NCBI RefSeq assembly: GCF_009914755.1
Contig: NC_060929.1
Length of the DNA stretch: 64,000 nt
Origin: the human T2T-CHM13v2.0 reference genome, Homo sapiens
Reading direction: 5' to 3' (one strand)
Position 1 is the first letter of the stretch. Every line of letters starts with the position of its first letter. Positions 1-15,547 of this stretch are shown here, piece by piece. The notes below the pieces were generated by a model that saw only the letters and a program-made list of their open reading frames with translations, searched no databases and was not told where the DNA came from. The translations under genes were made by a program, and so were the position numbers.

Positions 1-808
1 AGAGGATCCCAAAGAAACCTGAAAACCTAGTTCAGGCCATGATGAGAAGGGAGGTGTTGGACATACCCTGTTATAACCCTTCCCTTTGGAGTTTAGACAG
101 AATTAACCAGCATTAACATTAAAATAGAGATCTTAAGACTGCCATACAAAACACTCTTCATAGCAATAGGATGCCAAATTCCAACCTGACTCTGGTATAC
201 CATCACATGACAGATAACAGACCCTGAAGAAAATTAATGCATTTTACCCAAAATATATTTCTTTGATATATCTTGGAATGGCCCTGCAAAGCCATCTTTT
301 GTGGGGGATTTTTTTTCCTGTAGAGAACCTCCTTCCCTTACCAGTTTTTTTTTAGAGAGCCTGACACCTTCTAAGACTCAAAAAGAGACATTTACCATCT
401 ATTCTCTCTGAAACTTGCTATCTGGAGGCCTCATCTACATAACAAGAACCTTGGCTTCCACAATCCTCCTTAACTCAAGCATTTCTTTCTGTTGACTTCA
501 ACTCTTTAGGCAAAGCTTAACTCTGAATCAATTGCCAATTGAAAAAGTTTTGACTCTACCTATAACCTGTGAGCCCCCCTCTTCAAGGTGCCCCAACTTT
601 CTGGGCCGAACCAATGTATTCCTTACATTTATTGATTTATATCTTTGCCTGTAACTTCTAGCTCCCTAAAATATATAAAACCAAGCTATAACTCAAACAA
701 CTTGGGCAACTGTTCTGAGGACCTCTTGAGGTTGTGTTCCAAGCCATAGTCATTCATATTTGGCTCAGAATAAACTTCTTCAAATATTTTAATTTTTTTC
801 CATCAACA
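1..808 (+). mobile_element. ERV1 solo LTR, MER34/MER39-like (5' end outside the window)
   Basis: Resembles the MER34-group consensus (ccaaattccaacctgactctggt...ttttacccaaaatatatttctttga). AATAAA at ~769 and a terminal ...catcaaca. Subfamily assigned by eye. Confidence 0.6.
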
Positions 809-949
809 GTACTAAAGCTCAGATGAGATGTACTAAGAGCCTGAATGAAGGTAATATTAAAATTATTGATGTTTGCTGGCACCATACCATATACTAATAT
901 CAACAGAAAATCTCAAAAGGGATATATTGTCTGAAACTCATAAAAATAC

Positions 950-1801
950 TGTCAATGAAAAGAGTCAAACTCTGTAAAATATTTGAAGAGATATATTCTG
1001 AGCCAAATATGAAGACCATGGCCTGTGACGCAGCTCTAGGAGATCCTGAAACATGTGCCCAAGGCAGTAGGGCTACAGCTTGGTTTTATACATTTTAGGG
1101 AGACATCAGACATCAATCAATACATGTAAGATGTACATTGGTTTGGTCTGGAAAGGCAGGACAAATCAAAGTGGGGCTCCCAGGTCATAGGAAGATTCAA
1201 AGATTTCCTGATTGGCAATTGGTTGAAAGAGTTATCTATAGACTTGGAAGCAATAGAAGAGAGCGTCTGGGTTAAAATAAGGGGTTGTGGCAACCAAGGT
1301 TCTTATTATACAGATGAAGCCTCCATGTAGCAGGCTTCAGAGAGAATAGACTGTAAACGTTTCCTATCAGACTTAAAAAGGTGCCAGATACTTTAGTTAA
1401 TTCTATCCTAAATCAGGAAAATAACTGGAAAGGGAAGAGTGAGGAGTACAGAAGGTAGATTTTCCCCATAAGAGACAGCTTTTCAGGGCCATTTCAAAAT
1501 ATATCAAATAAATGTATATTGGGGTGAAATACTTCTATTTCTTTCAGGGCCTGCTATGTTATCATGTTAATACCTAATTGCTACAAACAGTCTGTTTTGT
1601 CAGTTTTAAAGTCTCTGCTTTAATGTTAATGCTGATCAATTGTGCTTGAATTCCAAAGGGACAGAGGTATAATGAGGCATGTCCAACCACCCATTCCCAT
1701 CATGGCCTAAACTAGTATTTCAGATTTACTTTAGGATGACCTTGGCCGAGAGGAAGGGTCCTTCAGTTAGCTGGGGGTTAGAATTTTAATTCTGGTTTAC
1801 A
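950..1801 (-). mobile_element. MER4-family ERV1 solo LTR
   Basis: TG...CA termini and the typical MER4 end in reverse (aagagtcaaactctgtaaaatatttgaagag). 4-bp target-site duplication ATAC at 946-949 and 1802-1805. Confidence 0.75.
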
Positions 1802-2299
1802 ATACTATCATGTATTGGCCTTGGAAAAGTTTCCCTAACACAGAGTTTTGTCTTTTAATGTCAAGGCAGCAAAGCATGGGTCTTTTAGCCACATCTAATA
1901 CAATTGTAAGCTGGGAAGTGGTGGCCACATTGTCCAATGTCCTGTAGATCAATAAACTCTTAATATCGAGTTCAAAAGCCAGAAAGTCTCCCATGACCTT
2001 GTAATTAATTTCAACAAATTATAATAAAACAGAAGGAATTGTCAGATTCAAGTTAGGAAAATGAAGTTGGAATCTATTCAATGAGACTTTCCGGCTATGG
2101 ACTATGGGCAAGTGACTTAATCACCGAACCCCCCTCCTACTCCAATCAGTGGACTTCAGGTAAATATTTAACAACTGGCTTTCCAAGAAAAAAAAAAAAC
2201 CATGATTTATAGCTTTGCCAATTTCTAGAGTTTTAATACTGCCATCATGGCCAGTTTCAAGCCAGCAATATGATGTCAACAAGTTCACTGAATTCCTAA

Positions 2300-3070
2300 A
2301 ATTTGACAATTGATTCTCAAGAAGCCAGCATGAGCCAGCTGTAAGCACACCACTGCTTTCAAGGCTCAGCTTCCACATCTGAAAAATGGGAATCACACCA
2401 CTTCCACATGGCCATTGTCAGGATCGAGATAATGTAAGAGAAAATACCTAATACATGGTTATTATCATACATGGGGTATTTGAGAAATGTTTGTTCAGTA
2501 TTTACTGAGCACCTACTATGCAGCAGACACTTCCAGGAACTGAAGATTCATCAGAGAACAAAACAACAGGTCTGCTCAGCTGGGATTGATGTTCTAAATG
2601 GGAGAGACAACCAGAAAGAAAAAAGAGAAGGAGAGAGAGAGACAGATGATAGATAAATAAATAGCCAGTCAGTTAGTCTGGTATTGATAAGCACTAGAAA
2701 GAAAAATCAAACCCAATAAGGATGAGGAGAAAGAGGAGTGGTCATACTATGCCAGGTACGGTAGCCAAGAAAGACCTCACTGATGAGAGATATCTGATGA
2801 GAAATCTGAGTGGAATAAAGGCATGACTATGGGATTATATGGGGAAGGGTGTCCCAGGCAGGGCAAGAGCTCATGCCAAACCCTGGGGCAGGTATGATGG
2901 GCTGGGCTGACCCCAGAGACAGAAGGACGCCAGCGGGGTGGGAGCACCCGAGTGAGGAGACACACGTGGAAAGTGCAGTGGGAAGGGAAGCCAAGAGCAA
3001 AGGTGAGGCAGGGGAAGTCTCAAGCCCTGGCCATGTCTTAGGTGCCTTTAAACACCTGGAGACATAGTGG
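2300..3070. mobile_element. Old MIR/L2 fragments
   Basis: MIR core (ctcagcttccacatctgaaaaatgggaat) followed by an L2 end motif (tttactgagcacctactatg). Boundaries approximate. Confidence 0.5.
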
Positions 3071-4110
3071 GCAGGGGCCAGTGACAGACGGGGCTGCACT
3101 CCTGCCCCTCTGCCTTCCTTACACAGAGGAGGATCTACCAACTGTGCTCCAACGGCCTCACTCCTTCATGTTTTCAACTATTCAAATGTTTGCTCAAATG
3201 ACAAATATTGGCTCCAGTGGCTTCCATGGGCAGGCAGCAGTCTTAGCTCTAGAGACAGAAACTATGAGCAAAACTTGAAATCTTGCTTTTCATGGACCTA
3301 CCTGGCCATGGAAGGAGAGAGAATACATCAAAACATAAATAAAGGCATTGGCTGGGCTACAAAGACAATCAAATAAGGTGGGCTGATAGAGTCCCCCTCT
3401 TAGATATAAAAATCCTCTTGGGCCAGGATCCTCCTGTCGCCTTATATTTCAATGCCTAGTTCTAGCATAGTCCTAACTGGTGCTCTGAGTAGCATTGCTC
3501 TAAACAATTGACCAACAGTAACCAAAGTAGGCTGGCAACAGTCCCAAGAGATCAAGAGAGCTCCCATTTTCCTCCTGGCATGAACTTTTTCAAACCACAA
3601 GGTTGAGGAAATGCCAACCTTTTACATAACTAAGAAATTTCTAAGACGTTGAGTTTTTTGTTTGCTTGGTTTGTTTTCTCTTTTTGTTTTTTAAACCTGC
3701 CACAAAATCATCTGGGGTCTTTATTAAATAAAATACAAATGTCTGGGCCCCGCCTTAGACTCACTGAATCAGAATAACTGGAGAAGGAGCCCAGGCAACT
3801 GTATTTTCAATGACCTTCTAAGGAATGTGGATGCTACATTGCTGATGCTTGAGATCCTCTGCTCTAATGCAAAAGTACAATCCACAAGGCTTCTTTCCAT
3901 TTCAGTTGTAATTGTCTCCACAAAGCATTCTTAAGAAAGCTCTTCTGTAAACTTCCTTTGCAGAAACTGCAGCACTAGTCACAAGCTGACTGTTCAGAGA
4001 AATGCACGGGGAGACAGTGCCCGCATGACGGGAGCAGCCCATCAGCTGACCCGTTCATTCAAAAAACTCCACGTGTAGAGACACTGGATGGCTTTAGTGG
4101 AAGTGCCTCA

Positions 4111-4419
<309 letters not shown>

Positions 4420-4888
4420 TCATCTTCCTTGCTTTTATTTTGCTTTTTTCCAAATAAAAATAGCTTTACATTTTTTTTCAGGTTTTAAAAATTATGCAAG
4501 CGAATGTCCAGAAAACACAAATCTATGGAGACACAAAGTAAATTAGTGGTTGCTTAGGGCTGGTGCATAGGGGAAAAGTGGACGTGACTATTGATGGTAA
4601 TGGGTTTATTTTGGGGGTGATGAAAATGTTGTAGAATTAGAGAGTGGTAATGGTTGCACAACATACTAAAGGCACTGAATTGTACACTTTTAATTAGTGA
4701 AATTTCTGGTATGTAAAATATCTCCTTAAATAAAAAAGTATGCATGCTTATCGCAAGCAATTCCAATTCTATTAAAAAAGCTGAGGGAGATGCTTCCAAT
4801 CCCAGCCCCAGCAAAGGTCAGGCTTTAAGGCCTCCTTTTACGCACTTCTGCACATACAGACACACGTGTACAATGGTAGTCAAACGCA

Positions 4889-5074
4889 GTGCTTCTCAAA
4901 GTCTGGCATATTGAACTATCGCTTGTATGTCTTGTTAAAACACAGATTGCTGGCCCCATTTCCCAAGACTCTGATTCAATTGGTGGGCCTGAAGGGGGCC
5001 CGAGAAACTGCATCTCTAACGGTCTCTGCTGATGCTGAGGGGCAGGTCAGAGGCCACATCTTTGAACAGCACTG
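4889..5074. mobile_element. MER5-like hAT DNA transposon fragment (a similar one lies at ~3700-3865)
   Basis: cagtgcttctcaaa ... tttgaacagcactg terminal inverted repeats and the cttgttaaaacacagattgctggcccc core. Confidence 0.6.
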
Positions 5075-6037
5075 ATGCAGTAACCAACTTTCTTCATATA
5101 ATTTCAGCTCCTCACAATTTTTAACAGCTGGATTTTCATTCTACGGATACGCTGTAATCGTTTACCCAATCTCCTATAAAAGATACATTGTTGTTTCTCT
5201 TGTTTCCATTTGCTTTTTAAACTTAAGAATAGCATAGATTATATACACGTTTTAAAAATTGCAGTATAAAATTAAATGAACAATAAGTCTACCCGCCACT
5301 TCTCACCTCCTGTCCTTCAGTAATCCTCCTTAGAGTCAACAATGCTTATCAGCTTTTTGTTCATTCTCCTGGAAATATCCTACATTTGTACATTTACGCT
5401 TTCTTTCAAATATGTACAAATGATAATTGATTATCCTGCCTCATAATCACCGATTCTGCTAGCTTGAGAGTTAATGATCTACAAATGTGTGCTATTTTTA
5501 GCGATCCTTTTTGCAATGCAACTTTATTGTACTACCATCAATTACTGATTAATTGGTAGCTGATTAATGGCTAGAAAAAATGCCTACCCTCAGGTTTGCT
5601 TTTGTCCAGAATTTGCAATGCCAGAAAGGTCCTCTTGAGCTGATGGGCTTATGCCCTACGCCTATTAAAACGCTCTACATAAAACTATGAACAGAATTAA
5701 CTTATTTGGATACACAGGTGACTTATTGTAAATATTTATGGAGCTATTTGGCAGCCAGTCAATTTGATAAGAGTATTAAATAGAGCATAATGGGCTCAAA
5801 AAGTAACTCAATTGATAAATATGTAAAAATATTCAATTCGATAAAATAGATACAAATTTAATAAAATAGATACAAATTTAATCCTATTTTTAAATCTTCA
5901 CAACAATGAAACATATTTATTTTGATATTTCTAGAAGTAGAGGCTCCCCAACCACAGAATCTGGGCCAAATTTGTCAAAGGGGAAGTTCATTGTAACCTA
6001 GGAGAGATCAATTCTAACAAATTTCTAGGAAAGGTCA

Positions 6038-6796
<759 letters not shown>

Positions 6797-8027
6797 CTCT
6801 CTCTCTCACACACACACACAATTACACGTGATCACACACATGGCTTCTCTCCCTCTCACACACACGTTATTACACGTGATCACACACATGGGCTCTCTCA
6901 GACAGTATTACACATGATCACACACATGGTTTCTCTCTCACACACACATGCTATTACACATGATCACACACGTGGCTTCTCTCACACACACATTATTACA
7001 CATGATCACACACATGGCTTCTCTCACACACACGCTATTAAACGTGATCACACCTGGCTTCTCACACACACATGCTATTACACATGATCACACACGGCTT
7101 CTCACACACATGCTATTACACATGATCACACACATGGCTTCTCTCACACACATTACACATGATCACACATGGTTTCTCACATACATGCTATTACACATGA
7201 TCACACACGGCTTCTCTCATGCATGTTATTACACATGATCATACACATGGCTTCTCACACACATGCTATTACACATGATCACACATGGCTTCTCTCACAC
7301 ACATTACACATGGTCACACATGGCTTCTCTCACATGCGTTATTACACATGATCATACATGGCTTCTCTCTCACATGCTATTACACATGATCACACATGGC
7401 TTCTCATGCATTTTATTACACATGACCACACACATGGCTTCTCTCACACACGTTATTACACATGGTCACACATGGCTTCTCTCACGTTATTACACATGAT
7501 CATACATGGCTTCTCTCACACATTATTACACATGACAGCTTCTCTCTCACACACTATTGCACATGATCACACATGGCTTCTCTCACACACACATGCTATT
7601 GCACATGATCACACATGGTTTCTCTCTCACACACGTTATTACACAACGATCACACACGGCTTCTCTCTCATACACATTATTACACATGACCACACACATG
7701 GCTTTTCTCTCACACACACTATTACACATGATCACACATGGGGCTTTTCTCGTTATTACACATGATCGGACTCATGGCTTCTCTCACACACACATGCTAT
7801 TACACATGATTGCACACATAGCTTCTCTCTCACACACGTGTTATTACACATCACACACGGCTTCTCACACACGTTATTTTACACGATCACACACATGGCT
7901 TCTCTCACACACGTTATTTTACATGATCACACACATGGCTTCTCTCTCACAGACGTTATTACACATAATTACATATGGCTTCTCTCTCTCATACACACAT
8001 GCTATTACACATGATCACACACATGGC
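6797..8027. repeat. Minisatellite/VNTR, ~31 units of ~39 bp (consensus ~ tattacacatgatcacacatggcttctctcacacacatgc), rich in E-boxes
   Basis: About 31 attacacatgatc-type cores counted by eye, separated by variable (CT)n/(CA)n spacers. Confidence 0.95.
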
Positions 8028-8441
8028 CGTGAGGTAATAAAGCCTTATTACATAGAGTTTGTCAAAATGTAAATAAATTGATATCTTTTCATAAACTTTT
8101 TATAAATATAGACATTCTATTTTTTACTACAAGTTTTCCACACACACAGCTCAGGAGTGAAATAACTAGATTTAAAATGGTGGCAGGTCACACCCTTCTT
8201 CAAATCATTAGCTGTGTCAGATCGCCCTGATATTTCTCCTCGTGGTACTTAACACATTTTACAATGAGATAATTCTGGGTTTATTCCATATCCTGTGTTT
8301 GTCTTTGATTTCCTCAAGAGCGGAGAACAGGTCTGTTTTGTTCATTATGGTATCCCCAGCAAGTATCATGATACCTGGCACCTAGTAGATCCTCAATAAA
8401 CATTTGCTAAAGGAATTACTGAGTGAATAAACCATACACAC

Positions 8442-8882
8442 TGCATTTTGTGCTGCCTGTCTGCTCAGATCTATTTCCTTTGGTGCTCTTTATCTTATGG
8501 GGCTACATTTCCAGGGTTCCCTTGTTTTCTGGCTTCTAGGTAGATTTGGCTAATGGGAGACACTGGTAGGAAGACTAGGGGAGAGAGAGAAGGAAAGAAG
8601 CCAGGATATTTCCCTAGATTTCTTTCTTCTCCCTGAGGTATTACTGCCAGTGTCTATGTCTCCAAGGTGGGTGCAGCAACTTTGGCTTCTGGGTCCAAGT
8701 ACACCAGCTTTCCCATCACCCCTGCAACCATAGGAGTGGTCTTGGCTTCCTAGTTATGTTCCTATCAGGGTTGCCTCACTATCTTCTGGGCTTCTCTGCT
8801 CTTTCGTCACCAGTGGAATTCTTTATATTAAATTTCCTCTGTTTTAAAGACTTCGAGTGGGTTATATTTTCCTTGCTGGACC
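8442..8882 (+). mobile_element. Old ERVL LTR (LTR33-like)
   Basis: Motifs such as tggctaatgggagacactggtagga and a degenerate U5 end. Recognised by eye. Confidence 0.45.
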
Positions 8883-8920
8883 GAGTTCAAATGAAAAGTC
8901 TGAGTTGTAGGGAAAACATC

Positions 8921-9197
8921 TTTTTTATTATTATTATTTTTATTTATTTATTTAGAGACAGGTTCTTGTTCTGTTGCCTGGGCTAGAGTGCAGTGGTGCA
9001 ATCCTAATTCACTGTGGCCTCAAATTCCTGGGCTCAAGTGATCCTCCTGCCCCACCCTTGAGTAGATAGGACTACAGGCACACACCACCATACCTGGATA
9101 ATTTTTTTATTTTTATTTCGTAGAAACGGAGGTCCAGCCAAGTTCCCCAGGCTGGTCTCGAACTCTTGGCCTCAAGTGATCCTCCATGCCTGGGCTG
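8921..9197 (-). mobile_element. AluJ
   Basis: T-rich tail followed by reverse Alu sequence. Confidence 0.85.
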
Positions 9198-9321
9198 GAA
9201 AACATAACCTTATGGGAAAGTTCCTAAAAATGGTTGAAGAACAAGACTGAAGGCTAGAATATGAAAGCTTAAATTCTGATTCTGCCCCTTCCTAGTTGCA
9301 TATTCCTGAGCAAATATTTTC

Positions 9322-9875
9322 AACTGGTATTTCTAAAACTGTGCCAAGGCACCCAGGGCATTAGAGTGACCTCACAAGAGTATCTCAGAATATTTAAAAA
9401 TTTGAACACACAAACACAATGAAACTCAACATCTGTCAGACATCACGTGAACTACTAGTGAGGTAGTTCATTCTTTCAACATAAGATTGCACTATAATCC
9501 TTCTGATAATTTCATATTTTTGTGAGACTGGGTTTTCCAGGCCATCTGATAAAAAATCAAGTACTATATGGACACCAACATGGAGCAGAAAATGAGGGCA
9601 GCAGTGTCCAATCTCATTCCAGGTGAGAAGTTGCACAGTGTCCAATAGGTGCATACATCTCCTTAGTAAGTAGTTGTGATTAACAATGAAATAGAAATGA
9701 AAAATATATTTTTTTATTTATGTGTATTATATTTTTCAAGCAGCTAATAAGTTGGTAGGACATAATATTTAATTCGTTGGGGACCTAATTATTTATAAAT
9801 TGAATGGTTAGATATTTCTTTTGGCCTAAGCCACCATGAAAAAATCACTGAGGCGCTAAGGGAAACATGAACTAA
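9322..9875. mobile_element. hAT-Charlie-like DNA transposon remnant
   Basis: Resembles Charlie elements (tttgtgagactgggttttc...aatctcattcca...ttagtaagtagttgtg). Confidence 0.4.
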
Positions 9876-10225
9876 GAAGCCCTTCTGAGTCTCTGTTTTC
9901 TCAACTGTAAGATGAAGAAACCTGCTCCACCTTCCTCTTGCGATTGTTGAACGGCAGTTGAGATACTGCGCAGAATGGACCTTATTGATGGCCTACCCAA
10001 CATCCATTCTCTACTCCCTCTACTCTGATGGCACCCGGATTAGATTGTGGAATCTACCCCTTCCTCACATGCCTTTAGGAAGTTGAGTCCAGGGAAGCTC
10101 CAGGAGCAGGCTGGTTTTATGTAAAGACAATCCCGTCTTCTTTGTCAAAGACAGGTATAAGAAAGGCTTGTAACTTAACTCAGTCCAAGGAGACACAAAA
10201 CGACTTGCTGGGGGGTCCTGAGATC

Positions 10226-10231
10226 TTTATT
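10226..10231 (-). terminator. AATAAA poly(A) signal for AMACR
   Basis: tttatt on the + strand, ~780 nt downstream of the main stop codon. It overlaps the alternative stop codon. Confidence 0.6.
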
Positions 10232-10280
10232 TCTGGATGTTGCTGTGTGTTGGGTATAAGATCCAGAACTTGCTACCAGC
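10227..10280 (-). CDS. AMACR: AMACR alternative C-terminal coding segment (AGSKFWILYPTHSNIQK*), reached through an internal donor in exon 5
   Basis: Acceptor tttctcctcAG at 10282-10281 and donor AAG|GTAAAA at 11029 define a 749-nt intron. The junction is in frame and gives a 394-aa protein, consistent with a known AMACR isoform. Confidence 0.8.
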   Translation of the reverse strand, partial: AGSKFWILYPTHSNIQK

Positions 10281-11011
10281 CTGAGGAGAAATCAAACACA
10301 TGGAGAAAGGAAAGCTGACAGCCCAGAGACCCACGGGGAAACAGGCCCTGAGTTACTGGATACAGGCAACCCTAAAACTGACTGTCCCTCTGGACTCTAC
10401 GTAGTGAGCCAACACATTTCCTCATTATTTTGGATATGTTTTTTTCAGTTGAAGGCATTCTGATTCAATACAGGTGAAACTTTTCTTTGCAAATTACAAA
10501 GTGTGATAACTGTTGCTAAAGTTTGGAATGTGCTTAGAGGGAGATCATGAACACCAAGACAAAAGGCCTGGATGCAACCAATCACTCTGTTTCACGTGAC
10601 TTTTATCACCATACAATTTGTGGCATTTCCTCATTTTCTACATTGTAGAATCAAGAGTGTAAATAAATGTATATCGATGTCTTCAAGAATATATCATTCC
10701 TTTTTCACTAGAACCCATTCAAAATATAAGTCAAGAATCTTAATATCAACAAATATATCAAGCAAACTGGAAGGCAGAATAACTACCATAATTTAGTATA
10801 AGTACCCAAAGTTTTATAAATCAAAAGCCCTAATGATAACCATTTTTAGAATTCAATCATCACTGTAGAATCAGAGTCTGTAATTCTTTTCTTGATTAGA
10901 GTGGTAGGACACTGTAATACTGTTCCTCCATGTTTCCATGCATACAATGTTATGTGTTACTCTACACTGTAAATGCAGTATTCAAATTCACTTGAGCCGT
11001 GGGCCTGGAAG

Positions 11012-11446
<435 letters not shown>

Positions 11447-11943
11447 TTATTATGCTTTGAACAGAGCAATTATAATCAATAAAAATGAATGCTGAGCCCA
11501 CTGTACTATGCAAAATAAGATGTTCTATAAGGGCTTCTCAAATGAGTCAAGAGAAAAAAATGTAAAATCAGTTTAAGGTTAGAGCCAAAGGCTAGAGAGG
11601 GCAGAGGTAGTCAGACTTGTCACTACTGAGATTTTATTATTCACATTTCATCAAAAGTAGTCTGTTTTCAATGGTCTGGTTTCCAGAAATTGATTTCCTA
11701 CCTCTGAGTAGATTTTGAAAAAAAATTTCCCCAGGGTGTTATTACCAGTCATACTGAGCTAAAATAACTCCCTATTTTCTATAATGTATTCAAACCTTAT
11801 AAAAAAATAAAATATAAACAATTTTACATTTGGCCATCTCAGTTTCCAAGGAAGAAGCCTGAAGACAAATTATTTAATTCAGGATTGCAATTTTTTAAAT
11901 ACATTCATTTATCTTTATTTTGTTAAAATAAAAGAGCTGGAAT

Positions 11944-12105
11944 GGCCAGGAGTGATGGCACGAGTATAGTGCAAGCTACTCGGGAGGCTGAGGCTGGAGG
12001 ATTGCTTGAGCCCAGGAGTTCAAGGCCCAGCCTGAGCAACACAGCAAGACCCCCATCATCCATCATCCATCCACCCATCCATCCATCCATACAAACATAC
12101 ATACA
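11944..12105 (+). mobile_element. Alu monomer (FLAM-like) followed by a (CATC)n/(CATA)n microsatellite
   Basis: ggccaggagtgatggca...gagcccaggagttcaagg, then catccatcc repeats. Confidence 0.7.
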
Positions 12106-13546
12106 TTTTTAAAATAAAAGAGCCCAAAAGGGCTTTGTACTAGGATGAAGGACTTGTAAGGTAACCAAAGACTCAAGCAAATTGTTCCTATAATAAACAA
12201 AACAGAAACTTATTAGCCGCCAGTCAACAGTGGGGCATGCAGACTTTCCTCTCCGGCATGAAAGGGACTTGAAGGGCCCATCAAGACCACAGTGCAGAGG
12301 ACATGACAGCAGCTACCTGGGGACTTAACAGGAAAGGTGGCCTCTCTAGCTCTTGACCCCATCTGCGTTTCCTTTACTGACTATGTGGTTCTACCCCTGC
12401 AGACATGCCCAAACTCCAGTTCTGATTAAATTATACCCAAAGAGCAGGGCTGCTTTACAATAGTTGGTGTAAATTGTCCTTTTTCTTCCCCATATAAGCG
12501 GGCTTTTAAAAGTGCATGGCTAAGTGTCGAATGATAATGAAAGGCCCTTTCTTTATGCATCACACTGTGTGTAAGTTTAGCCAAGTTAATTGAATAATCC
12601 TCACTTATAGAATACCTTCCTTCTGTAGCATGTTGACAATCAAGGCTAATTGTAAATTGCTCTGAAGATGGTAAAGTCCCTATAGAGGTAAGAAGACATA
12701 AATACTGAAGCCTCTTCTTAAGGTTTTGAGGACTATGAGGAAATAGGAAGAACTAACACAGTTCCAGATTTTTGTAAACAGCCTCCTGTGGGATATAAGT
12801 ACATTTTCTTCTGTAACCACCAGTCCCATTCAAATACCAGGACGGATATGAGGCCATAGTTTCAGGTTATCACTATAATCTACAGGATGTCTTTCACTTG
12901 ATGTTCTTTCTTGATTGCCCTGAACTCTGTGAGTGAAAGGCACAAAAAAATGAGCATTGAGCAAAAAGTAGTGATCTTCACATGCTTTTAAAACAGTTTC
13001 TTTTTATCAGAATGTGATCAGAATCATAACACTAAGTAAAGCTAGAGCCAATGTGTTCTCTCTTTAACTTTATAGCTGAGATTACACAGGTCATAGTTTG
13101 TATGCTAGAAAAATACTAGAAATCAAAAGCCCCCAGATCCTACCCTAACTCTAACACCCCAATTCTCCCATTGTCTACCATCCCTTCACAGCCCACAATC
13201 TCCCATCCTGCCCCTGACCCTGACCAAGGCCACAGGATTAAACACCAATGGTTTAAGGTGAGCTGTTTGCTGTGCTCCTGACACTCCAATATGGAACTTG
13301 GAATCCAGTCCCAAGTCTCAGAATCCATAATTGTATAAATACAGTTATAGATTGTGGCTAGCTGTTATGGTACAATCACTATGAAATTTCTGGCATTTTA
13401 AGTCAAACAGATTTTCAGGAACTAGCCTGGGGACTCAGACACCATTTAAAACTTGGGAAAGCATGTTTTGATTCCAAAAAATAACTACCATACACACACA
13501 CACACACGTTACACAAAATGCTTATTCTTTTAAGTACATGCCATAA

Positions 13547-14110
<564 letters not shown>

Positions 14111-14305
14111 ATAAAAATTATTTTTATAATACAAAATTGGAAAAAATGTAAATGAACTTGCATAGGGAATTGGTTATATAAATTTTAGTACAGGCAGATC
14201 AAAAATATGATATGGCTGCTATATCAAATGGGTGAGGGTGAAGATCTTTTGTACAGACAAGAAAGAATGTCTTTGCTATACTGTTGTATAAAAAGCTATA
14301 AATTA

Positions 14306-14652
<347 letters not shown>

Positions 14653-14819
14653 ATAGAATAGAATAATTGTGCATTTGTATGTGTACAATAAAAATTCTTG
14701 AAGGCCACATCCCATATTTTCCCAAACCGTAAGAACAAAGGAAAATTTTCCCTTCTTACTTTTTAAAATCCGTATTGCTTTTTTTTTTCCTAGCAAACAT
14801 ATAATTTTAAATTGTTATT

Positions 14820-15540
14820 TCATTTTTGAAAATTGTGGTAAAATATACATAAAGTTTACCATTTCAGCCATTTTTTGGTGTACAGTACTAGGGCATTAAG
14901 TACACTCATACTGCTTTACATCTATCACCACCATCCATCTGTACCACACAACTCCTGAACTTTTTCAACTTTTCAAACAGAAACTCTGAACCCAGTAAAC
15001 ACTAACTCCCGCTCCTACCTCCCCACAGCCCCTGGCAAGCACCATTCTACTTTCTGTCTCTATGAACTTGACCACTTTAGACATTTCATGTAGTAGAATC
15101 ATACAGTATTAGCCCTTTGGTGACTGACTTATTTCACTCAGCATAATGTCTTCAAGATTCATCTCTGTTGTAACGTGTTGGAATTTTCTTGTTTTTTTCA
15201 GGCTGAATCACATTCCATTTTATGTCTGTACCACATTTTGTTCATCCATTCATCTGTTGATGGACACTTGAGTTGCTTCTACCTCTTGGCTATTGTGAAT
15301 AATGTCACTATGAACACAGATATACAAATATATGTTTGAGTCACTGCCTCCAATTCTTTTGGTTATATACTTAGAAGTGGAATTGCTAGATCATACAATT
15401 CTATGTCTAATTTTCTGAGGAAATGCACGCTGTTTTTGACAGTGGCTACACCACTTTACACTCTCATTGGTAATACACAAGTGTTTCGTTTCCTTACACC
15501 CTTGCCAACACTTGTTATTTTGTATTTTTTAGAAATAATA
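14820..15540 (-). mobile_element. L1M (L1MA/MB) 3' end
   Basis: Typical antisense L1 3'UTR (cccctggcaagcaccattctactttctgtctctatgaacttgacc). Confidence 0.8.
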
Positions 15541-15547
15541 GTTTGAA

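Larger units (their letters stand above)
9986..10472 (+). mobile_element. Old ERVL LTR (LTR16-like), antisense within the AMACR 3'UTR
   Basis: Starts cctacccaacatccattctc and ends gtgagccaacacatttcctc...ctgattcaataca, as in the LTR16/LTR33 group. Confidence 0.55.

Noticed and set aside
6797-8027. Repeat-spacer-like periodicity reminiscent of a CRISPR array
   Set aside because: The DNA is eukaryotic, the 'spacers' are homologous CT/CA microsatellite variants rather than unique sequences, and there are no cas genes.
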